Shown piece after piece: positions 9,690-19,513 of a DNA stretch of 52,786 bases (position 1 is its first letter; each line of letters starts with the position of its first letter). The stretch is from Ilumatobacteraceae bacterium (lineage in GTDB: Bacteria; Actinomycetota; Acidimicrobiia; Acidimicrobiales; Ilumatobacteraceae). A program made the position numbers and the translations under genes. The DNA lies in the NCBI GenBank assembly GCA_017856815.1, contig JAFMEI010000001.1, positions 1 through 52,786 on the forward strand, read 5' to 3'. Below the pieces are notes generated by a model that was not told the DNA's origin, did not search any database, and worked only from the letters and a program-made list of their open reading frames with translations.

Positions 9690-10855
9690 GATTCACCGAC
9701 ATTCAATGACCCCGACTCGGCGACAGTTGCAATCAGGCGTGCGAGTGAATCCGATCGATGTTGAGCCCCAAGCTCACGCGCATTACGGGTTAGTTGCTCT
9801 CGGCGTTGGTGGTCCCTGCGGAGTGCTTCAATCTCCACAGCAAGAGAGCGTCCGGTTAGATCTGACTCCTCAAGTACAACAACGGCATTCTCTGCTGCCA
9901 ATAACTTGGCATTGTGCAACTGATGGTTTTCTGTTGCCTGGGGCCATGGAACAACGATCGCGGGAACTCCAACTGTTACGACTTCTGCAAGTGTGGAGGC
10001 GCCCGCCCGCGTGATCAGCACATCAGCTGCCGCCAAGACGTCGACCATCAAATCTTCGTAACCGACCACGGTGTACCGAGAGGTACCCAATTCGGGCATG
10101 CGGTGGGATTCAAGAAATCGAGCACCTGCAACATGGCGAAATACATACTGTCCAGCAGTATCAGCACCTAGATCCAAGATCTCCGTTGCGTCTACAAACG
10201 CCTCATTGATTGCCTTTGAACCAAGAGATCCGCCCACCGCAACCACAAAAAATTCATCGGATTCAACACCCAGACGTTCACGAGCAGCGTTAGCAGTGGC
10301 AGCCCGGTCCAGTTTGCGCAATTCCCGTCTCACGGGAGCGCCGGCGCGAACAGCATGCGGCAGAGAAAGATCATTGCCCGACACAGCCGTAGCAACAGCT
10401 CTCCTCGCGAGAATTCGTGTTGCCAGACCAGGAGTCGCTTCGTAACACACGACAACTAGTGGGATACCTTTCAGGACTGCAACCAAGCTCAAGGGCACTG
10501 ATGCATATCCGCCGACTGCGACAACGGCCTGCGGTTGGTTCGCTTTCACCCATTCAAGACTTCGCTTGAGAGAAACAAGCAGGCGCGGAATCATCTTTAA
10601 ATTGCGCAAGATGCCATCCAGGCTCAGTGAGCGCTGTAGACCACTAACCGGAAGAAAAGTCGCTTTCACGCCTGTTGGCGGTATCAAACGAGTTTCAATC
10701 CCTCGTTCGGTACCGAAATAATGAAGCTCGCTCTTGTCGTAGCCAATGTCCTGCAGGGACTCAAATATTGCTATCGCAGGGACGACGTGACCCGAAGTGC
10801 CACCTCCAGTGACAACTATCAAACGACCGCCCTCACGGACCACGCGCTTACCCAC
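9686..10855 (-). CDS. murG: undecaprenyldiphospho-muramoylpentapeptide beta-N-acetylglucosaminyltransferase
   Basis: GGGTSGHVVPAIAI N-terminal motif and GT28 architecture. Start placed at GTG 10855, just downstream of the ftsW stop. The track ORF start at 10930 would overlap ftsW by 44 nt with a Cys-rich non-conserved leader. The start is uncertain. Confidence 0.88.
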   Translation of the reverse strand: MGKRVVREGGRLIVVTGGGTSGHVVPAIAIFESLQDIGYDKSELHYFGTERGIETRLIPPTGVKATFLPVSGLQRSLSLDGILRNLKMIPRLLVSLKRSLEWVKANQPQAVVAVGGYASVPLSLVAVLKGIPLVVVCYEATPGLATRILARRAVATAVSGNDLSLPHAVRAGAPVRRELRKLDRAATANAARERLGVESDEFFVVAVGGSLGSKAINEAFVDATEILDLGADTAGQYVFRHVAGARFLESHRMPELGTSRYTVVGYEDLMVDVLAAADVLITRAGASTLAEVVTVGVPAIVVPWPQATENHQLHNAKLLAAENAVVVLEESDLTGRSLAVEIEALRRDHQRREQLTRNARELGAQHRSDSLARLIATVAESGSLNVGES

Positions 10856-10886
10856 GCAAATATCGTGACACGCATTGCACCGCGGG

Positions 10887-12110
10887 TCAGGACACCCGCA
10901 TATTTCGTGCAACCTGTAGCAACAAACCAATCGCTGTCATTGAGACCAGCAACGAGCTTCCGCCATAGGAAATCAATGGCAGTGTGAGGCCTGTCACGGG
11001 GATCAAACCAGATACCCCACCGATATTGATGATCGCTTGAATCACGAACCAGAAAGTGATGCCACCAGCAAGAAGTGCGCTGAAGTGGTCACGAGCGCTG
11101 ATCGCAGCTTGGAAGCCGAAGAATGCAAGAGCAAGGAATCCACCAAGGATTACAACCACACCGGCCAAACCGAGTTCCTCAGCGATGATCGCAAAGATGA
11201 AGTCGCTGTGTGCGAGTGGAACATAGCCCCACTTGCCCGTGCCTTGACCAATGCCTGCCCCAGTAACCCCGCCATTCGAGATTGAGAGGATTGACTGGTA
11301 CACCTGATAGGCGTAATGACCCTTGTTGTCTTCAAGATTTAAAAACGCGGTGAACCGCATCCGGCGTCGATCATCGGTCATTGCCAAAGCCACACCAGCG
11401 AGCCCAGACATAAATGCGACGCCAGCAATATTGCGTGCGCGAATACCAGCCATCATCATCACGCCGATCATGATTGCCGCAAACACGATCGCGGTTCCGA
11501 GGTCTTTTTGGATGAAGCTTAGAAATGAAGCAAAGCCCATGATTGCCAGGCAGGGAATCATCGTTCGCTTGATGTCATGAATTTCTTTTTGGCGACGCTG
11601 AAGGATGTCTGCACAGTAAAGCAGTACCGCAAGTTTCAGAATCTCTGATGGCTGGATGGTGAAAGCCCCAAAACCGATCCATGCCCTCGCACCGTTGACG
11701 GAAATACCCATCGGTGAGAACGGAGCCAGCATGAGAATGTACGAAACAAGGAGCAGTGGACCAACAAATTTGCGCCACGCTGTGTACGGCGTGCGGTAGG
11801 CGACCACTCCACAGGCCAAGCCAAAGACCGCCCAGATGCACTGACGTCCAAAGAGTCTCCACGGAGAGTCACCTGCGTGCAGTGACGTCACCGAAGAAGC
11901 AGAAAGAACCATCACCAGCCCAAGCATTACGAGGACTCCCGCAGCTATGAGGATCGCATAAAAGGCCATACTCGGAGCGTTGGTCGCAAGGTTGCGCTGC
12001 TTGATGAGCCCAACTTTGTCAAGCATCTCACGACGTCGATCGGCCACTGTGCGGTACGGTGCCGCCGGGCGGTAAATCTCACCTGTGACATCAAAGATTG
12101 GTGTGCTCAC
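10887..12110 (-). CDS. ftsW: FtsW/RodA/SpoVE (SEDS) family peptidoglycan polymerase, FtsW by context
   Basis: 407 aa polytopic membrane protein with SEDS motifs (SEILKLAVLLY, LPLISYGGSS). Sits between murD and murG. Confidence 0.9.
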   Translation of the reverse strand: MSTPIFDVTGEIYRPAAPYRTVADRRREMLDKVGLIKQRNLATNAPSMAFYAILIAAGVLVMLGLVMVLSASSVTSLHAGDSPWRLFGRQCIWAVFGLACGVVAYRTPYTAWRKFVGPLLLVSYILMLAPFSPMGISVNGARAWIGFGAFTIQPSEILKLAVLLYCADILQRRQKEIHDIKRTMIPCLAIMGFASFLSFIQKDLGTAIVFAAIMIGVMMMAGIRARNIAGVAFMSGLAGVALAMTDDRRRMRFTAFLNLEDNKGHYAYQVYQSILSISNGGVTGAGIGQGTGKWGYVPLAHSDFIFAIIAEELGLAGVVVILGGFLALAFFGFQAAISARDHFSALLAGGITFWFVIQAIINIGGVSGLIPVTGLTLPLISYGGSSLLVSMTAIGLLLQVARNMRVS

Positions 12111-13462
12111 TTTTGGTTCTCCTTGCTTTGCTGACTCAGAACTTCACGCACGCAACGAACAAAGTCATCACCGCGCTCGCTGTAATTGCGATACCAGTCA
12201 AAACTTGTGCATGCTGGCGAAAGAAGAACTGTGTCGCCATTGCTTGCTAATTCCCGAGCTGTGCGAACTGCATCAATCATCGAGTGAGCTGGATGCACTT
12301 CCCGGACGCCTTTGAATACCGCAGTGAGTGCCTCGATGCCTTCCCCGGTGGCCACAACTGCTTTGATGTGGTCCGCTTCATGCACAAGCTCACCAAGGTC
12401 GAGATCCTTGTTGCGTCCCCCCGCGATCAACACAACCGAAGCAAACGAGCGGATGGCAGCCCTCGCCGCATGAGGTGATGTTGCTTTTGAATCGTCATAC
12501 CAGGTCACACCATTGTCGTCGGCGATGAACTCAATCCTGTGGTGCGGCGGCGTGAAGTTCCGCAGCGCACGTTCGGCATCGGCGATACTCGCCTGTCCAG
12601 ATTCAATTGCTAATGCACACGCCGCTAACGAATCATCGATGTCGTGAGGAAGTGCCCGCCACATTTCTGCGACACTCACGATTGTTTCACCGCGCGCCAT
12701 CAACGCTCCAGATCCAACCGAATACTCCCCACCCAAACCGAATCCAACTTTTCTTCCCAACACACCGGCTGCGAAGTTCGCGATCTCGGGTGTGTTTGCT
12801 GGGTAGACCACCACGTCACTTGCCAGATTGTTGCGCCAGATCTGCTCTTTGGCGGCACGATACGAGGAGAGCGAATCGTGCCAGTCAAGATGGTCCGGCG
12901 AAAAATTCAGCCAAGTCGCTGCCGTGGCACGGAACTTCTTGATCGTGGCCAGTCGAAAACTTGAACACTCCACCACGAAAACATCAACATCGTCGCGGTC
13001 GATTGCTTCCACCAACGGAATGTCGGTATTGCCTGCTTCAACAACCGTCTTTCCGGATTCGCGAACGATCTGCGCGGTGAGTGCAACAGTTGTGGTCTTG
13101 CCATCAGTTCCGGTGATTGCGATCATCGGTCGCGCGCCACCTTCACGCGCACTCTCCCACTCATAGGCAAGATCGAGTTCGCTCACGCAGTTTTTTCCTT
13201 GCCGCGCAGCCTGAATGCGTACTGGGTGCGACTCGCGTAGTCCTGGAGCTGGCACAACAAAATCGCACTCCGCCACAAGAGCACCGATGCGCTCTACCGA
13301 TGGCGCGAACTCAACGTCAATACCAAGACTCTCCGCGGTTGATCGGTTTTCTGTAGTTTCGCGATCGTCCAGGCAGATGGGCGCGTATCCGCGTTTTAAC
13401 AACGCACGAATCACACTTGAACCAGTAATCGCAAGCCCGTAAACCAAAACCTTCGACATCAA
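12107..13462 (-). CDS. murD: UDP-N-acetylmuramoylalanine--D-glutamate ligase
   Basis: 451 aa. GLAITGSS N-terminus, ITGTDGKTTT P-loop, Mur ligase domains. 4-nt overlaps on both sides. Confidence 0.9.
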   Translation of the reverse strand: MMSKVLVYGLAITGSSVIRALLKRGYAPICLDDRETTENRSTAESLGIDVEFAPSVERIGALVAECDFVVPAPGLRESHPVRIQAARQGKNCVSELDLAYEWESAREGGARPMIAITGTDGKTTTVALTAQIVRESGKTVVEAGNTDIPLVEAIDRDDVDVFVVECSSFRLATIKKFRATAATWLNFSPDHLDWHDSLSSYRAAKEQIWRNNLASDVVVYPANTPEIANFAAGVLGRKVGFGLGGEYSVGSGALMARGETIVSVAEMWRALPHDIDDSLAACALAIESGQASIADAERALRNFTPPHHRIEFIADDNGVTWYDDSKATSPHAARAAIRSFASVVLIAGGRNKDLDLGELVHEADHIKAVVATGEGIEALTAVFKGVREVHPAHSMIDAVRTARELASNGDTVLLSPACTSFDWYRNYSERGDDFVRCVREVLSQQSKENQK

Positions 13463-14505
13463 CGCACCTGATTTGTGAAGTCACCGATAAACAATGCGAG
13501 TGCCGTTGCAACACAGATTCCTTGGATGATCCAGAAACGGATAATCACGGTTGTCTCTGGCCATCCAGAAAGCTCAAAGTGATGATGGACAGGCGACATC
13601 TTGAATAGTCGACGCTTACGCCCCGAAGCCTTGAACACACCCATCTGAATTGCAACCGAGCCCGCTTCGATCACGTTGATACCGCAGATCAATGGCAAAA
13701 GCAGATGCGTATTAGTCGAGACTCCGAGCATGCCGAGTGCTGCGCCAATACCAAGAGCCCCAACATCACCCATGAATACCTTTGCGGGCGCAGCGTTGTA
13801 CCAAAGGAAGCCACCGCACGCTCCCGCAAATGCCGCCGACAACACCGCAAGGTCGAGCGGATTAACAAGGTTATATAGATCGGGATTTCTAAATGCCCAA
13901 TAAGAGATAACTGTGAATGCCAGGAATCCAAAGACACCAGAGCCAGCGGCAAGACCATCGAGGCCGTCGGTCACGTTCACTGCATTGGCGGTACTCCAAA
14001 CCATGATCGCGGTCCAGATCACCCACACCCACCACGGCAGTTCCCAACCAGGTGAATCGGCTCGCGTGAATGAAAGCGTACGACTAACTCCGGTGGACAT
14101 GGTCAGCCATGTGAGACAAATAACAGCCAAGCCGAGCGTTATATAGCCCTTCTTTTTCCAGAGAATGCCGCGGTTGTGAGACTTCACAACCTTCATGTAG
14201 TCATCAAGAAAACCCATCACTGCCATGACGAGAATCGTCACCCAGATGATCATCGCCTGATCCGAGAATGCGATTCCGTCCCGGAGCACGTGTGCTGCGA
14301 GCCACCCAATCAGAGCCGCAATGATGATTGCGATGCCACCCATGGTCGGTGTCCCCTGCTTGGACATATGGTGCTCGGGGCCGAGATCTTCCTTGCCAAG
14401 AATTGGCTGACCTTTGCCCTTGTTGCGGAAAAAGGTGATTACACCCTTGGTTCCCAACAACGAAAGCACCATCGCAGTGGCCCCAGCAATGAAAACTGCG
14501 ATCAT
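13459..14505 (-). CDS. mraY: phospho-N-acetylmuramoyl-pentapeptide transferase
   Basis: 348 aa polytopic protein. Motifs GTPTMGG, NAVNVTDGLDGLA and MGDVGALGIGA. Confidence 0.95.
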   Translation of the reverse strand: MIAVFIAGATAMVLSLLGTKGVITFFRNKGKGQPILGKEDLGPEHHMSKQGTPTMGGIAIIIAALIGWLAAHVLRDGIAFSDQAMIIWVTILVMAVMGFLDDYMKVVKSHNRGILWKKKGYITLGLAVICLTWLTMSTGVSRTLSFTRADSPGWELPWWVWVIWTAIMVWSTANAVNVTDGLDGLAAGSGVFGFLAFTVISYWAFRNPDLYNLVNPLDLAVLSAAFAGACGGFLWYNAAPAKVFMGDVGALGIGAALGMLGVSTNTHLLLPLICGINVIEAGSVAIQMGVFKASGRKRRLFKMSPVHHHFELSGWPETTVIIRFWIIQGICVATALALFIGDFTNQVR

Positions 14506-15914
14506 TTCCCTGCCGCCAGAATTCTGCGTGCGACTGCGGCATCATCGAAATCGGTGACTCGACCGGCAATTTCCTGTGTTGTCTCGTGGCCCTTACCGGC
14601 GACCACCACCACATCACCGTGCGCAGAGGCGGTAATGGCAGCAGCGATCGCTTCTTCACGATCCAAAATTTGTGCAACTCGAGCAGCACTTTCCTTCGAC
14701 GTGATGCCACTCAAAATCTGATTGATGATTGAAGATGTGTCCTCGCTGCGTGAATTATCCGCGGTCAAAATCACTCGGTCAGCAAGTCGTGATGCGACAG
14801 CACCCATTGGGCCGCGCTTGCTTGCATCTCGGTCACCACCACAGCCAAAAACCACTGTCAATTTTCCATGGCTCCCCATTGAAGTGCGAACCGAAGTAAG
14901 CACCCGCTCGAGGGCATCGGCGGTGTGCGCGTAATCAATGAGCACGACGATGCCCCGGTCGTTAGCAACTGACTCAAGACGACCCCGAACTGGTTGCATT
15001 GATGCGAGTCCTTCAGCAATTGCATCAACCTCAATTCCAAGCTCACGCGCCGCAGTGGCAGCAGCAAGCGCATTCGAAAGGTTGAAATTTCCTCCCATCG
15101 GTATGCGCATTGCGATACCCGACCAGGTGAACCGCACAGACTCTGGCCCAACGATTACATCGGTTGCATCATTTAATCCGAAAGCCACAGCCGAAGACCC
15201 GACCACATCGAGCAATTGTTGACCGTGGACATCATCACGGTTGATTACTGAACGGTCCGTCATCCCCGTCGTAAACAAACGTGCTTTGGCTGCAAAGTAG
15301 GCCTCAACAGTGCCGTGGTAATCGAGGTGATCAATACCGAGATTGGTGAAGATGCCGACTGCAAACCTTGTACCGAGGACACGATCTTGATGAAGCGCAT
15401 GCGACGACACTTCCATCACGTACGCCTGACCACCGTCTTCATGCCAAGACCGCAAGGTGCGCTGAAGATCGGTAGCTTCAGGTGTCGTACGCACTCCGCT
15501 CAATGTCCCGGCTACCTGATTACGCACATTTGCCGCTGAGAGAATCGCCCCAAGCATGTGAGCCGTTGTGGTCTTGCCATTTGTTCCAGTAATTCCCACG
15601 ACCTGCAGTTCGTGTGATGGAAAGCCGTGTACGGCTGAAGCTGAAAGCGCCATACAACGACGAACATCTGCAACTCGAAGTTGCGGTACGTCTAGCGGAA
15701 GCAAGCGATCTACCATCAGAGCAACTGCGCCAGAACCAAGTGCATCAGCTGCAAAATCGTGCCCGTCAACCGAAGCACCACGAACACAGCAGAATAATGA
15801 TTCGGCAGGAATGTTGTTTGTGGTGTGGCTGACATCCAAAATTCGTACGTCTCCACCTGAGTTTGTGGCTTCAAATCCAGCGATACTCGGTAGGTCAACG
15901 ATTGAAATCGGCAT
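14502..15914 (-). CDS. murE: UDP-N-acetylmuramoyl-L-alanyl-D-glutamate--2,6-diaminopimelate-type ligase (MurE)
   Basis: 470 aa. GITGTNGKTTTAHM, EVSSHAL, NLGIDHLDYHGT and ADNSRSED (the DNPR-position motif) mark MurE rather than MurF. Confidence 0.88.
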   Translation of the reverse strand: MPISIVDLPSIAGFEATNSGGDVRILDVSHTTNNIPAESLFCCVRGASVDGHDFAADALGSGAVALMVDRLLPLDVPQLRVADVRRCMALSASAVHGFPSHELQVVGITGTNGKTTTAHMLGAILSAANVRNQVAGTLSGVRTTPEATDLQRTLRSWHEDGGQAYVMEVSSHALHQDRVLGTRFAVGIFTNLGIDHLDYHGTVEAYFAAKARLFTTGMTDRSVINRDDVHGQQLLDVVGSSAVAFGLNDATDVIVGPESVRFTWSGIAMRIPMGGNFNLSNALAAATAARELGIEVDAIAEGLASMQPVRGRLESVANDRGIVVLIDYAHTADALERVLTSVRTSMGSHGKLTVVFGCGGDRDASKRGPMGAVASRLADRVILTADNSRSEDTSSIINQILSGITSKESAARVAQILDREEAIAAAITASAHGDVVVVAGKGHETTQEIAGRVTDFDDAAVARRILAAGK

Positions 15915-17836
15915 CAGTGTCCCACAACTTCAACATTTGCTGGGCAGCCATCGTGATTTGTAGTTGGCTGAATCTGCAGTTCACGAATGGCCACCTGAGC
16001 CAGACGTGCGAATGCTGGCGCTGCTGCGGTACCACCGAAACGGTCCTGGGAGCTCGGATCTGGTTCATCAATTGAAACCAAGATCGTTACTTCAGGATTC
16101 TCTGCTGGAAAGAAACCCACAAATGATGCGAAGTATTTACGGCCACCGTCGTTCGTGTTGTAGGTGCCGTTTTGTTGCACCTTGTATCCCGTGCCGGTTT
16201 TGCCCGCAACATTCATTAGTTCAACTTGGGCACGGGTTCCCGTACCTAAACAAACCACATCTTTCATGATTGACAACATCATGCTTGAAGTGCTTGGAGT
16301 GAGCACTCGGTGTGTTTCTGAAGGTGCTGTGTCCTTAACGTTTCCGTCGCCATCAATTGTGGCTTTGACAAGTTTTGGTGCCACGTATTCTCCTCCATTG
16401 GCAATGACGTTGACCGCCGCCACCAACTGCAGTGAGGTTGTTGCGAAACCGTAACCATAAGCGACGGTGAGCTTCTCCGTGCCTCGCCAGTCCTCAACAT
16501 CACGCAATAGACCCGCGCTCTCGTTGGGGAAATTGAGATCAGTCTTTGCTCCAAAACCGAAAGATTTGATGTATGAGTAGAGAGTCTCAGTGGGAATTTC
16601 TTGGCTGATTAGCACTGTTCCAAGGTTCGATGATTGAGTAAGAATCTCGCGAACTGTCATTTGCTGGAGGTCGTGAGGGAAGGCGTCCCGAATCGTGAAG
16701 TCATCGAATCGCTGCCATCCCGGCACCGAGAACACACTCTTGTCAGTCACACGATTTTCGTTGATTGCCGCTGCGACACTGATCACTTTTGCCACAGAGC
16801 CGGGTTCGTATGCTTCAACCGCCGACAAGTTGCCCGGCGAAGTTGTGTAAACACCCGTGTCGAGCCGGCGGATGCTCGAGATCGCATAGATCTCACCAGT
16901 CTTGGAATTCATCACAATTGCGTTTCCGCCACGGGCCTTCAGCTCAGCGACACGCTGGAGCAAAGCTGCATCGGTCTGGAACTGCATTGACCTATTGATT
17001 GTGAGCACGAGATCTTGCCCGGCTTCGGGCTCCCGCTCGATTGACCTTGTGGACGGAATGGAACGCCCGTCACTGTCGCGCTCAATCACTTGTCGGCCAT
17101 CAACACCCGTCAGCACCTCATCAAACTGCGATTCGAGACCCGATATTCCGATGCCATCGGGATCGGTGCGACCAATGATGTTCCGTGCCACTTCTCCAGC
17201 CACGACACGAGTTGGCTCTGAATACGAGTAGATCCCAGCAAGATTGAGTGCCGTAACCGCCTCAGCCATGTCTTCGTTTAGTTGTCTTGCTACGTAGACA
17301 AAGTTGTCATCAGTTGCAGCGAGTTCTTTGGCGAGCGCTTTTTCTTCTTTTGGAGTCAGGCGAAGCACCGACGCAAGTGTTGACGCGGTTGTTATTGGAT
17401 CAACCACATATGTTGGGTCCGCAAAAACAGTCACACTCGGTACAGAAAGTGCAAGTTCGTTACCGTCACGATCGAAAATGACACCACGGTCAGCCTTAAT
17501 TGTGTTGTTGCGCAACCGTTGATCAAGGCTCGCCTGCTGATAATGATCAGCCTTCACAACTTGCAAATAGCCGACTCGCAAGAACACAACAAATAGCAAC
17601 GCAAAACAAACAAAGAACGTCTTTTTCATTCGCTGCTGGGTGAGAAGTTCTCGCCCCGTTTTTGTTGCTCGCGGTGCGGACTGCGTTGTTTTACGGACCG
17701 ATGGGCGCCCCGGTGTTACCGGACGACGCTTACGCTGCGTCGTTGCACGAGGAACGACCCGAGTCGATGTCGGCACTTTCGCATTACGTAATGCACGGGC
17801 CTTGCGATCCGCCATTGAAGAGTTGCGATCGGACAT
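15914..17836 (-). CDS. ftsI: class B penicillin-binding protein (FtsI-type transpeptidase)
   Basis: 640 aa. Basic N-terminal tail, one TM segment, PBP dimerisation domain, and transpeptidase motifs (SVAKV as SxxK, SSN as SxN, KTGT). Confidence 0.9.
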   Translation of the reverse strand: MSDRNSSMADRKARALRNAKVPTSTRVVPRATTQRKRRPVTPGRPSVRKTTQSAPRATKTGRELLTQQRMKKTFFVCFALLFVVFLRVGYLQVVKADHYQQASLDQRLRNNTIKADRGVIFDRDGNELALSVPSVTVFADPTYVVDPITTASTLASVLRLTPKEEKALAKELAATDDNFVYVARQLNEDMAEAVTALNLAGIYSYSEPTRVVAGEVARNIIGRTDPDGIGISGLESQFDEVLTGVDGRQVIERDSDGRSIPSTRSIEREPEAGQDLVLTINRSMQFQTDAALLQRVAELKARGGNAIVMNSKTGEIYAISSIRRLDTGVYTTSPGNLSAVEAYEPGSVAKVISVAAAINENRVTDKSVFSVPGWQRFDDFTIRDAFPHDLQQMTVREILTQSSNLGTVLISQEIPTETLYSYIKSFGFGAKTDLNFPNESAGLLRDVEDWRGTEKLTVAYGYGFATTSLQLVAAVNVIANGGEYVAPKLVKATIDGDGNVKDTAPSETHRVLTPSTSSMMLSIMKDVVCLGTGTRAQVELMNVAGKTGTGYKVQQNGTYNTNDGGRKYFASFVGFFPAENPEVTILVSIDEPDPSSQDRFGGTAAAPAFARLAQVAIRELQIQPTTNHDGCPANVEVVGH

Positions 17837-18316
17837 TTAACCCCTGCCCTTTAGCGTCATCTTGATGTGGCCAAATTCATCAAGTGTCGATGACGGTGGG
17901 TCCGCAAACCGTGCATCCATGTCACTGATTGCTTCGTCAACAACCGCCACCACCGACTTCTCTACATTGAGGAACTTGATCGCTGGCGCGAGAAGCATCA
18001 TTGATTTCTCGGCAGCGGTGCGTAGAACGTCTGGAGCGTGCAACATTGCACGTTCTTGGCGCAACTCCTCGTAGTGATCACGAGCCATGCTCACGGTCTT
18101 GTTCAATTTGTCGAGCTCCATTTGCCCACTCGCGATGTTTGCCTCGAATGCGACAATTCCAATAAAGGCAAGACACAGCCCACCCACCAGGGCAAGGGCC
18201 CGTCGTGCCGCAATCGCATTGCCAGTGCGAATGAGCGTGAGTTGTGGACGGCGTGATGGCGCTTCAACCTCTTTATCAAGGTGCTGAAGAGGCTCGTTGC
18301 GCAGTGGCATAGCCAT
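17837..18316 (-). CDS. FtsL-like bitopic division protein
   Basis: 159 aa. One TM segment (ALALVGGLCLAFIGIVAF) followed by a coiled-coil-like stretch. Canonical position between rsmH and ftsI. There is no strong sequence signature, so the call rests on context. Confidence 0.55.
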   Translation of the reverse strand: MAMPLRNEPLQHLDKEVEAPSRRPQLTLIRTGNAIAARRALALVGGLCLAFIGIVAFEANIASGQMELDKLNKTVSMARDHYEELRQERAMLHAPDVLRTAAEKSMMLLAPAIKFLNVEKSVVAVVDEAISDMDARFADPPSSTLDEFGHIKMTLKGRG

Positions 18317-19263
18317 CAGAGGCCCTGCGCCTTCATGAGCTTCTCTGCGGCGCGAAGACGAGCAGATGTTGATCGTGGATTTGCCTTCTGCTCTTGCATT
18401 GATGCCTTGGCGGCGACGCGCACCCGCTTAAGGGTCGGCGTAGCACCACAACCACAGGGCAAACCGACTGGGCAAGTACAACCGCCTGACTCCGCCGCAC
18501 GAAGAACTGATTTCGCAATTCGATCCTCGCCTGAGTGGTAGGAAAGAACAGCAATGCGACCACCAGGGGCGAGTGAATCAACTGCCTGAACCAGAGCAGG
18601 CTCGAGTATCTCCAGCTCTGCATTGACTTCAATACGCAGTGCCTGAAAAGTCCTTTTCGCTGGGTTACCGCCACGGCGCCGTGCCGGTGCTGGAATTGCC
18701 GACGCAACAATCGCTGCAAGTTCAGTTGTCGTTCGCACTGGGCGCGCTGCCACAATCGCACGTGCAATTCGTCCAGCAAAGCGTTCATCTGAGTGCTCGC
18801 GAATGATTCGCTCCAGATCAGCAACTTCGTAGTTGTTAACAACCACGTCAGCAGAGCGCTCGGCCGAAGTATTCATCCGCATATCAAGCGGAGCTTCGGT
18901 GCGATAGCTGAATCCACGCTCAGCCGTGTCGAACTGATGTGACGAGACACCGAGATCAAACAGAACCCCACTGACACTTTCAATGCCTTGGTCGCTCAGT
19001 ACTTGAGCAAGTTGATCAAATCGTGCGCGTACAACTCGTGCTCGGGCACCATAGGTGGCGAGCCGAGCAGAAGCCGCCTTGATCGCATTTTCGTCCTGAT
19101 CGATACCAATAACAGAGAGATTTGGGCACGCATCGAGAATCGCCCGCGTGTGTCCTGCCCCACCAAGAGTCGCATCAACTATCCACCCAGCGGGAACAGT
19201 CTTAAAAAGTTCGATGATCTCATCGAGCATCACCGGCTGATGACTGAATGATTCAGTGGACAT
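18316..19263 (-). CDS. rsmH: 16S rRNA (cytosine1402-N4)-methyltransferase
   Basis: HQPVMLDEIIELF, DATLGGAGH and the SAM-MTase core. Conservative start is the ATG at 19263. The reading frame stays open to 19500, with another candidate ATG at 19425 after GGAGG. The true start is unresolved. Confidence 0.88.
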   Translation of the reverse strand: MSTESFSHQPVMLDEIIELFKTVPAGWIVDATLGGAGHTRAILDACPNLSVIGIDQDENAIKAASARLATYGARARVVRARFDQLAQVLSDQGIESVSGVLFDLGVSSHQFDTAERGFSYRTEAPLDMRMNTSAERSADVVVNNYEVADLERIIREHSDERFAGRIARAIVAARPVRTTTELAAIVASAIPAPARRRGGNPAKRTFQALRIEVNAELEILEPALVQAVDSLAPGGRIAVLSYHSGEDRIAKSVLRAAESGGCTCPVGLPCGCGATPTLKRVRVAAKASMQEQKANPRSTSARLRAAEKLMKAQGL

Positions 19264-19513
19264 CGGGCTGGGCGATGCAACCGGCACCGAACGCAGACTC
19301 GAAGACTTGGGTCGCTGCACTGCAGCCCCCCGGTTGGCTGATGCCGCCAGGATTTCTCCCCTGAACGCGCGAAACGGAAGCGGGCGGAGTATGGGCTGTC
19401 CGTTTTGCCAACCGAAGGACTGCATTGCAGCGGGCCCTCCAGCAATTGGATAGATGCTGATGTGTGTCTTTGGTTTGCTGTGTGTTCGCAGAATCGACAT
19501 TGCTCATACGGCC

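Noticed and set aside
14502-15914. Considered whether the single ligase between ftsI and mraY is MurF, or a MurE/MurF fusion
   Set aside because: Its length (470 aa) and motifs (EVSSHAL, DHLDYHGT, DNSR at the DNPR position) fit MurE only. No second ligase domain is present.
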